Part shown: piece after piece, positions 1 to 6,853 of the stretch
How positions within the stretch are numbered: the first letter of the stretch is position 1
Layout: every line of letters starts with the position of its first letter
Assembly: GCA_048938295.1 (NCBI GenBank)
Contig: JBHLMI010000013.1
Span: 1-32,000, forward strand
DNA from: Promethearchaeota archaeon
GTDB taxonomy: Archaea > Asgardarchaeota > Hermodarchaeia > Hermodarchaeales > Hermodarchaeaceae
Direction: 5' to 3'
Length of the DNA: 32,000 bases
Position numbers and translations under genes: made by a program
Notes under the pieces: model-generated
The model's input: only the letters and a program-made list of their open reading frames with translations
Told to the model about the DNA's origin: nothing
The model's database searches: none

Positions 1-131
1 CACTAGAAGAGCTTGTAACAATACGCCATGAGGGATTCTATCAGGAGCCAAACTGGATAAAGAAAATCCCAGCTCAAGAGCCATTGAAGAGATGGCTAGC
101 CGATCGTATATCCAAGTACTTATTCGTGTAG
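1..131 (+). CDS. 3' end of a CDS entering from the left edge (hypothetical)
   Basis: Frame 3 is open from the edge: LEELVTIRHEGFYQEPNWIKKIPAQEPLKRWLADRISKYLFV, TAG at 129-131. It converges on the next gene with a 5-bp gap. Confidence 0.45.
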   Translation, partial: LEELVTIRHEGFYQEPNWIKKIPAQEPLKRWLADRISKYLFV

Positions 132-136
132 CCAGC

Positions 137-679
137 TTATTTTGATGAGTCTAATTGTGCTAGGATGAGATTGACATCATCAACGAGTTCAGGTGGTTCA
201 CTAATTACTTGAAACGCTGCAATCACAGAATAAAGAGCCTTCATTTGGGGCCGAATGAGACCTTGTCCTTGGAGGGTTTGTGCCTGCTGAATGAGCGAGT
301 GAATCGCAGGATAAACTTGAGTTGTCAGGTAATCAGGAAAGACTTCACGTTTGTTGATATCCACATAATGAAGTTCAACTCCATACTTGTAACAGGCACC
401 TAAAATTCGTTCACGAATTTCCTCTGTTGCAACCCCAATAGGAATCACAACAACTGGTGTTCCTTCCGGCATAGCAACTTTATTTTGAACCGCCCGACCC
501 ACTGCTTGATAGACATCACCAGGGCTTCGAATCCATTTGGCTTCAGCAAGAAGAAGTCGGTGATCAGACTTCGCTAAAAGATCCACAACCCCACCAGGGA
601 TGGTAGCTTTCTGTTCGACATCGAACCCATTGGATTCTAAATACCGGCGATAAACAGCTAATAACAGATATTCAGACAT
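137..679 (-). CDS. PD-(D/E)xK superfamily (restriction-endonuclease-like) protein
   Basis: E..V...L...GF.V then VDLLAK...LLLAEAK give the D...ExK catalytic signature. QAVGRA helix follows. Confidence 0.7.
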   Translation of the reverse strand: MSEYLLLAVYRRYLESNGFDVEQKATIPGGVVDLLAKSDHRLLLAEAKWIRSPGDVYQAVGRAVQNKVAMPEGTPVVVIPIGVATEEIRERILGACYKYGVELHYVDINKREVFPDYLTTQVYPAIHSLIQQAQTLQGQGLIRPQMKALYSVIAAFQVISEPPELVDDVNLILAQLDSSK

Positions 680-782
680 GAAACTCAGCTCTTATCTCAG
701 ATATTCCCACGGATGATCTTTTCGTACTTTCAGCATATACACTGGTTCTCTTAAATGAACAACTTTCCATAACAAACAATGC

Positions 783-809
783 AAAGAGAAAGGAAAGACG
801 AAAAGTCTT
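783..809 (-). terminator. Possible terminator of the opine-dehydrogenase/B12 operon
   Basis: Minus-strand hairpin AAGAC-TTTTC-GTCTT followed by a pyrimidine/T-rich tract (TCCTTTCTCTTT), about 160 nt downstream of the last small ORF. Confidence 0.3.
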
Positions 810-965
810 CATCTCTCCTCCCCCGCCAACCAATCAGATTGTGTCTTATCGCAATCAACATTATAAGGCATTTTTCCAGGGGTGACGGAAGTGTGTAACC
901 ACCGTCGATAGGAGAACAGCCCGACTAGCACAAAACACAGAATTATCGATATCAAACCGACTAGC

Positions 966-1106
966 CTAATATCGATACATAGTCATTTTTGCGCGTTCTT
1001 GGGCCTTTCGTCGTTCTCTTTCAAGTTTTCGTTGCAACTCGAGCTTCTTTAATTCCTGTCTAGATTTCTCATCTTCCTTAGCATCGGCTTCGTTCTTTTT
1101 ACTCAT
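966..1106 (-). CDS. 46-aa highly charged (coiled-coil-like) micro-protein, absent from the ORF track
   Basis: MSKKNEADAKEDEKSRQELKKLELQRKLERERRKAQERAKMTMYRY*. GGTGA ribosome-binding site 4 nt upstream of the ATG. Confidence 0.6.
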   Translation of the reverse strand: MSKKNEADAKEDEKSRQELKKLELQRKLERERRKAQERAKMTMYRY

Positions 1107-1179
1107 TTTTTCACCTTCGTAGAATGTCAGTTCAAAGGTTCAAACGATAACAAACAAGTTGAACAGATCTTGAAGAGTC

Positions 1180-1320
1180 CTAATTTGATTTATTAAGCAG
1201 AGTTTCAATCATGGAGTGGTTGTAACGTCCAATGATCATTCGAAATTGAGGCGGAAGGCAGGCGATACACCTTCGTTCTTCATTCAATGGAAAACCACAC
1301 TGACATCGATGTTCTGTCAT
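1180..1320 (-). CDS. 46-aa Cys-rich (CxC...CxxC) putative Zn-finger micro-protein
   Basis: MTEHRCQCGFPLNEERRCIACLPPQ...; GAGGTGA RBS 4 nt upstream; ATG overlaps the upstream TGA (ATGA, 1317-1320). The track start at 1365 is probably too far upstream. Confidence 0.6.
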   Translation of the reverse strand: MTEHRCQCGFPLNEERRCIACLPPQFRMIIGRYNHSMIETLLNKSN

Positions 1321-3071
1321 AGTTTCACCTCTGATGGAATGAATAAAGGGAATTTGCGAGTGCATTTCTTCTTTGATCGAATCAGTTTCATAATTTCAGG
1401 AATGCATACCTGTAGTCGGGTTTCTTCTGTTAACGGGTTAGCCTGTGCGTCTATTGCGTAGTATGCACCATTAATCACCCGTGTTTTGAGCCTTCCTTGA
1501 GCATGTGGGTTACCAAGTAAATCTGGTGCATCTAGCACACCAAATTCGAGACCAAGGAAATATGTTTCAGGATTCAATAACGGGTGGATAGCAGAATCTT
1601 CAGGTAATTCCATAAGAACGTCAAGAAGCAGTATAGCTTCACGCACTAATTGATCCCGACGCTTCATAATCAATGGATCCAGCAAAGGATTTGGTAGGCC
1701 GAGTAGGCACTCTTTGACTACTTGCCGAACAATGTGGCAACTCTCGGTCACATCCTGAGCAGTTGCAGAGTGGTCGGCCTCGCAGAATCCAACGACATGC
1801 ACAATCTCAGGTTTGAGCATCATTGCCGTATACATTGATGATGCCAGCTGCCCTTTGGCGGCATCCAAGTCTACTGGCAAACTGAGTAGCCCTGTCCGGA
1901 CTTGCCGATGTGTCTTGAATGTATCATTCTCTAACGATTCAACGAGTGCTAACGTTGCCCACATTTTAGCTAAGTCCATTGAAGGAGCCGTTCCGAGGGG
2001 GGTATTCATCATCATCTGAATGATATAATCCCGGACACCCATTGATTTAGCAATGAAGGCAGACCAATAGGCAGATGCCACAGCAATTGTATCGTGGGCT
2101 TGACGTAGACTCCAATGGTGGGGCTCATTAACCTCGACGGGAATCCCATTAGCACCATGCCAGGCGATGTTCTCCATATTTTCTTGGATGGCCTGTTTCA
2201 GGGGTCGAGTGCTACGCCCATCAAGAACACTGTACCAATGGATTGGGGTCGCACACCAAGCATTCTTAATTGTTTCTTGGAGGAGTTTAGCCCATTTGAG
2301 TAAATCTTGGGTACCACTGTAGCAGCGCATAAGCGGATAATTCCCACACCGTGAAGCATCATACAGATTCTGGAGATCCTCTTTAGTTCGAAGGGGAACT
2401 CCACCCGCACCTTCCAAGGTAGATTTCATCTCGTCTGGTCGGAAAAAGAATTGTTGGGCGTTTTGATCAGGACCGATAGAAATAATATCAAGGCATTTGG
2501 CTTCGGCAATATCTCTTACACCGTCGATGGTCTCTTCCAAATCGGGTAGACCAAAGTGATGACGAATCAATGGCCATGGTCTACGCTGTGCTAATCGATC
2601 AATTAGATTTGAAGCATAGAGTTGGGCAGATTTCTGTTTTTGTTGATTTAAGTATGTGATTGGATCACAATTTGTTGCGAGGAATGTTAGTATATCTTCA
2701 TCAGTACTTGTGCTGTCAAAATAGATATCAAAGAACCCACTTTTTCGAACTTCATTGACGACTGGTGTCGTTCCACCAAAAAGCCATGTCTTCTTTTCAA
2801 AGCCTCGCTCTTTGACCTTTTGACTTAATTCAGTAACTAATTGAGCTCCCACTTTGGGAGTAAGGCGATAACTGAGCCCGATTATATTAGCTTGTGTTTC
2901 TTCGACCCGATTAAGAATTGTATCGATAGGTGTTGCAGGTCCAAGAAACTCAGTATGATAACCACGTGTTTCAGCCAGTGAGAGGAAGTTGAGTACACCA
3001 GCGACATGAACACAGTTACCAAGTGACGCACCAAGGATTAATCTAGGTTCAGAATTTGCTTTCCGCTTCAT
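1317..3071 (-). CDS. Cobalamin-dependent enzyme: N-terminal B12-binding domain fused to a glutamate-mutase-E-like TIM barrel
   Basis: N-terminal Rossmann B12 domain: GNCVHVAG (DxHxxG-like), GLSYRL, LFGG. The C-terminal part aligns by eye with glutamate mutase E segments (HHFGLPDLEETI, DIISIGPD, PLMRCYSGT, GIPVEVNEP, LPVDLDAAKG, EADHSATAQD). Confidence 0.75.
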   Translation of the reverse strand: MKRKANSEPRLILGASLGNCVHVAGVLNFLSLAETRGYHTEFLGPATPIDTILNRVEETQANIIGLSYRLTPKVGAQLVTELSQKVKERGFEKKTWLFGGTTPVVNEVRKSGFFDIYFDSTSTDEDILTFLATNCDPITYLNQQKQKSAQLYASNLIDRLAQRRPWPLIRHHFGLPDLEETIDGVRDIAEAKCLDIISIGPDQNAQQFFFRPDEMKSTLEGAGGVPLRTKEDLQNLYDASRCGNYPLMRCYSGTQDLLKWAKLLQETIKNAWCATPIHWYSVLDGRSTRPLKQAIQENMENIAWHGANGIPVEVNEPHHWSLRQAHDTIAVASAYWSAFIAKSMGVRDYIIQMMMNTPLGTAPSMDLAKMWATLALVESLENDTFKTHRQVRTGLLSLPVDLDAAKGQLASSMYTAMMLKPEIVHVVGFCEADHSATAQDVTESCHIVRQVVKECLLGLPNPLLDPLIMKRRDQLVREAILLLDVLMELPEDSAIHPLLNPETYFLGLEFGVLDAPDLLGNPHAQGRLKTRVINGAYYAIDAQANPLTEETRLQVCIPEIMKLIRSKKKCTRKFPLFIPSEVKL

Positions 3072-4219
3072 TCAGACTCCACCCCATCCCAATCGTTAAG
3101 ATAGCCTTCAAGTAAGACTTGGCTATAAAGAACATCTAGAGAACCTTCCTGTACGTAGAAGAGTAGTTCCATGTTGGAAAGTCCGCTGATCCCAAGCGCG
3201 TCAGTATTTCGGCCGTTTCGCCAATAATCTACTCCGGTCAGATGTGAAGCCAAATCAACAGTTGTGTTAATTATTGGTGTTGGAATACCTAGTTGTTGGC
3301 CAATAGCAGAGATTGGAACCAACCCAGTGGGAACATCTTCAAACACATAACGATGATCAAGTGAGGAAGGTGCGCCTAAATCTTGATAACAATAAGTGGT
3401 TTGTAGACGTTCGAAGAGGTTGTTACCTCTTGATTCGTAGACGCATCGAAGCCATTCAAAGGCAGAGAGGAGCTCTTTTCCAAGGGCACGAGCAACTGCA
3501 AGTCGTTCTGCATCGATTCGTTCAATATATCGTGCGATAGTGGGTGTTATACCTTCAAGATAATGATTATAGCAACCCTTTATGGACTCTGTACGCCCAA
3601 GATTCAACAGAAGAGGAGCAGGATGAAAAACACATCCGATGTTCGCTAAGCCAGTCTCGAAGATATCCTCAGCAGGAGCAACCGAAGGAAGTAGAGTACC
3701 TAGAAGGGAAGCATGCTCTGCCGTATATTTGGCGGGAAAAGTTGCAATCGGTAACTCGTTCTTTATCGCTGTGACTTGAGCATGCCCAGAAGACCCGACC
3801 CGGCTAACTAGCGGAAAAGTCTGGGCTTCGGTGATCGGTGGATGCCAACCAAGGATGCTCTCAATGGTGTTCGCGACTTCAAGGCTTCCTCCAGTTCGTC
3901 CAGGAATAAGAACTAGAATATGGTTGGGCTTAAGGTATTTGGCACAGTGTTGTGCGAGATCCCGATGGGCGGAGGCAGGAACAACGAAAAAGACATATTC
4001 AGCTAGCAGCATAGTACGCCGTAGATTTGAAGAGCAGGATGCTAACGGTGCAAAACCTGTAATTTCACCATCAACTGCGATTCCACCCTGGCGAATGATA
4101 GGTTTTAGGCGAGATCTGGACCGATTATAGAGGTGGATATCATGACCTTTTAGTGAAAGATAGGCTGCTAGTCCTTGGCCCCCATGTCCAGCGCCTAAGA
4201 TTGCTATATGCGCTCCCAT
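3068..4219 (-). CDS. NAD/NADP octopine/nopaline (opine) dehydrogenase family protein
   Basis: GAGHGG Rossmann motif; NIGCVFHP, YLEGITP, DAERLAVARALG and HRYVFEDVPTGLVP are typical of the opine dehydrogenase C-terminal domain. ATGA overlap with the B12 gene. Confidence 0.9.
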   Translation of the reverse strand: MGAHIAILGAGHGGQGLAAYLSLKGHDIHLYNRSRSRLKPIIRQGGIAVDGEITGFAPLASCSSNLRRTMLLAEYVFFVVPASAHRDLAQHCAKYLKPNHILVLIPGRTGGSLEVANTIESILGWHPPITEAQTFPLVSRVGSSGHAQVTAIKNELPIATFPAKYTAEHASLLGTLLPSVAPAEDIFETGLANIGCVFHPAPLLLNLGRTESIKGCYNHYLEGITPTIARYIERIDAERLAVARALGKELLSAFEWLRCVYESRGNNLFERLQTTYCYQDLGAPSSLDHRYVFEDVPTGLVPISAIGQQLGIPTPIINTTVDLASHLTGVDYWRNGRNTDALGISGLSNMELLFYVQEGSLDVLYSQVLLEGYLNDWDGVESE

Positions 4220-4225
4220 AATTTG

Positions 4226-4297
4226 ACCCCCAAAGGATTTCGTAAGAAATTTGACGAAAGTTCTTCCACTTGAAAGAAGCTTTCAGAGCTTCGGGGT
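4226..4297 (-). promoter_or_regulatory. Structured 5' leader with alternative hairpins covering the RBS
   Basis: Complementary segments 4289-4296/4228-4235, 4276-4281/4287-4292, 4261-4267/4272-4278 and 4238-4243/4254-4259. Confidence 0.4.
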
Positions 4298-4383
4298 AAA
4301 TTATTTATACGGTAAATTTTTTTACCGGTAAAGTGTTAGAACTAGTATAAGCTATAAATCTTATGGGTTGCTTTTTATAGCTT
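4295..4383. promoter_or_regulatory. Divergent promoter with tandem 16-bp operator boxes and inverted TATA-containing repeat
   Basis: GGTAAA at 4295, 4311 and 4327 (16-bp period). 4311-4326 is GGTAAA-N4-TTTACC. AAGCTATAAA (4349-4358) and TTTATAGCTT (4374-4383) form a perfect inverted repeat. Confidence 0.55.
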
Positions 4384-4411
4384 AAAAAAGCCCATCTGAG
4401 GAAGCGAGTTT

Positions 4412-4993
4412 TTGTCAAAAAATAGCGAAAAACAAGCCCGATCAGTGAAAAGCCAAAAATCAGCTGCCATGCTAGTCAATCCCATCAACGCGAGTATTCT
4501 TCATCGTCTTTCGGTAAAGGAACACTCCCTGACAGAACTTTCCAAGATTTTAGGCCTAAGTAAACCACGCATCAGCTACCACCTGAAAGCACTTGAACGA
4601 GAGCACCTCATCGTACGGACAAGAGAAGAATACCACCGAGGAGGAGTCCGACGATACTACAAGGCAACTATCCCTCTTCAATGGCCAAAACTCACATCAC
4701 TCAATCGGGTGGAACGTGAAGCCCAACTTCTACCAATAAAGACCTTCCTATGGGGATACCTTTTAGGAAAAATTGGAAGCAATAAACTCGACTTTCACCA
4801 CCTCATTAGTAATGATATCAATGAAGCAGCTGAGGAAATTGCCGAGACATTTGAACAAAGAATCGATAAGGGAGACGACTTTGATGAGCGAGATGCAGAC
4901 TTACTCTATCTTAAACTACTGCATCGGCTGACGAAACTGCATTTAGAACAAAAGAAGATAAAGGTAACACTGTTGGAGCAATCCATGGATTAG
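4412..4993 (+). CDS. ArsR-like winged-helix transcriptional regulator with C-terminal helical domain
   Basis: NPINASILHRL...SLTELSKILGLSKPRISYHLKALEREHLI...RRYY wHTH. Start is TTG 4412 or ATG 4469. Confidence 0.85.
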   Translation: MSKNSEKQARSVKSQKSAAMLVNPINASILHRLSVKEHSLTELSKILGLSKPRISYHLKALEREHLIVRTREEYHRGGVRRYYKATIPLQWPKLTSLNRVEREAQLLPIKTFLWGYLLGKIGSNKLDFHHLISNDINEAAEEIAETFEQRIDKGDDFDERDADLLYLKLLHRLTKLHLEQKKIKVTLLEQSMD

Positions 4994-5083
4994 CTTCGTA
5001 TTCTTTCTTGGTTCTCTATCTGTGATTAGTTAAGCGCTTATTTTGTACGAGCACCCAATTCCTTTGCATTTTTTAAAGGGAAG

Positions 5084-5521
5084 CTATGACTCTTCAGCTG
5101 GTTCTTTGAAAGACAAAGATGCTTGAATAACAAGCGTACGATTCTGTTTTAAGAAATTGATAATCTGATCAACCCTTGAGGGCGCAGACTTCTCAAGTTT
5201 TTCTGCCTCTTCGGTGTGTAATCCAAAATCATCGCGTCGAGTTTCAGCGCCGACCTTCTCCTTCGCTATGGGACCAGCTACATCTAAATCTTGCGGAGAG
5301 ATGTTCTTCGATTCCAGTTTATTGACAAGCGCATTGTATTCCTTGTTAATCCGTTGAATACATGAAAGTTTAATATTCAGATCAGTGACTAGATTATAGG
5401 CACTCAAGCATACCGCACAGTGGACTAAGTTATCGACTACATGGTCTTTTGCTTCTTCAGGCATATCATCACAATTATAGTTAGTAGAGGGTGATTCATA
5501 AAAATTTGCTACCATCTTCAT
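5084..5521 (-). CDS. Hypothetical protein
   Basis: 145-aa ORF filling the gap between genes, with natural composition. No motif recognised. Confidence 0.55.
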   Translation of the reverse strand: MKMVANFYESPSTNYNCDDMPEEAKDHVVDNLVHCAVCLSAYNLVTDLNIKLSCIQRINKEYNALVNKLESKNISPQDLDVAGPIAKEKVGAETRRDDFGLHTEEAEKLEKSAPSRVDQIINFLKQNRTLVIQASLSFKEPAEES

Positions 5522-5652
5522 ATTTCGTGTAATCAGTCCTCGAAGAATGCGATCAGGTGTTCATTACGTGAATAGCCATTCATTATAAAATGAGTCATCT
5601 TTATACAGCTAAGTGTACAATACGTTACATCCTTAGAAGGGAGGTTCACCAA

Positions 5653-6048
5653 ATGGCAAAGATAGGAGAACTCATCCAAGAAGCTGATTGGAAGAAAGAG
5701 AAACACGTTCCAGTTATCGAGTGTCCCGACACAGTAGACGCTGATAAGATGTTTGAAATCAACGTTAGTTTGGGCAAAGAAATCGCCCATCCAAATACTA
5801 CCGAGCACCACATTCGTTGGATATCACTCTATTTCCATCCTGAAAAAGAGAAATTTCCATACCATATTGGGCACTATGAGTTCAATGCCCATGGCGCTTC
5901 AGCTGAAGGGCCAAACACCAGTTCAATCTACACGCACCACGCCGTAACGACATGGTTCAAGACCAGTAAACCTGGCACTATTCTTGCACTAGCTTTATGC
6001 AACATCCATGGATTATGGCAAGCGTCAAGGCAAATTAAGCTTCGTTAG
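5653..6048 (+). CDS. sor: Superoxide reductase (neelaredoxin / class II SORL domain)
   Basis: EKHVP, HPNTTEHHIRWI and CNIHG iron ligands. GGAGGT RBS before ATG 5653; the track start at 5590 is too far upstream. Confidence 0.93.
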   Translation: MAKIGELIQEADWKKEKHVPVIECPDTVDADKMFEINVSLGKEIAHPNTTEHHIRWISLYFHPEKEKFPYHIGHYEFNAHGASAEGPNTSSIYTHHAVTTWFKTSKPGTILALALCNIHGLWQASRQIKLR

Positions 6049-6086
6049 ATATCCTATAATTATATCTCAACACACAAGAGGGAAAC

Positions 6087-6126
6087 CTGAGATCAAGTTG
6101 GCTACATCAACTTGACACGATCTCAG
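6087..6126. terminator. Strong hairpin between convergent sor and rnhA
   Basis: CTGAGAT-CAAGTTG-GCTACAT-CAACTTG-ACACG-ATCTCAG gives about 14 bp with one bulge. Confidence 0.4.
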
Positions 6127-6250
6127 AAAGACGACCAAATTGGAGTAGTTCTAGAAACCAGAGGAGTTCAATATTAGGTACAGAGATTCGTAGATGAATT
6201 CAAGTGTTACAAGTAATCTCAAAATTCAAGCGAGGGTTCTATCCCATATT

Positions 6251-6694
6251 TCATTGCCCAAGGGAAAACCTAATCGACTCGCGGGCTAACTTATCGACCA
6301 TTTCATTGTGAATAAGCCCTTGATGACCCTGTACATGAATGAAGCTTAGTTCCTCATTAGGATCTAATTGCCAAATCTTCTGCAATAAAGCATATTGCTC
6401 GGATGTTTTGTCTTTCGTACAATCGTATTCTCTGAGAATACATTTGATCGCCCATTCACTATCACTATAAACGGTGATATCTTTGGGAGTTGCACCCTTT
6501 TGTCTAGCCTTTTTGAGGGCATTTAATATCGCTCGTAATTCCATGCGATTATTTGTCGTCAGAGGATAAGGACGCGTGCTCTGTACATCAATTATTTCTT
6601 GACTTACACCACGTTTGAGAATAAGGCGGAAAGCCCACCCACCAGGACCTGGATTACCTAAACAAGCCCCATCAGTCCAAATTTCAACTTGCAT
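6251..6694 (-). CDS. rnhA: Ribonuclease HI
   Basis: WTDGACLGNPGPGGW, TNNRMEL, YSDSEW and HVQGHQG...NEMVDKLA give the D-E-D-D catalytic set plus the His loop. Confidence 0.93.
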   Translation of the reverse strand: MQVEIWTDGACLGNPGPGGWAFRLILKRGVSQEIIDVQSTRPYPLTTNNRMELRAILNALKKARQKGATPKDITVYSDSEWAIKCILREYDCTKDKTSEQYALLQKIWQLDPNEELSFIHVQGHQGLIHNEMVDKLARESIRFSLGQ

Positions 6695-6853
6695 CTTTCT
6701 ACCACTCTTATTAAGTAGTAATGGCGCAAAAAACTTCCTTACAATTAAATTCTTTCTGAACCCGTTTTCTGAGGAAATTCATATTACTTTTACAGAAACG
6801 CAATAACTGGTCTTGGTCTAACGACCCGAATTATAACACATACTTTGAAATCG

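Noticed and set aside
672-812. 46-aa minus-strand ORF MKTFRLSFLFALFVMESC... with a GGAGGAG RBS, overlapping the nuclease start
   Set aside because: It coincides with the terminator-like hairpin and T-tract, has no valid lipobox or family motif, and is probably incidental.
920-978. Short direct repeats CCGACTAGC and ATCGATA
   Set aside because: Only two copies with irregular spacing. Not a CRISPR or iteron array.
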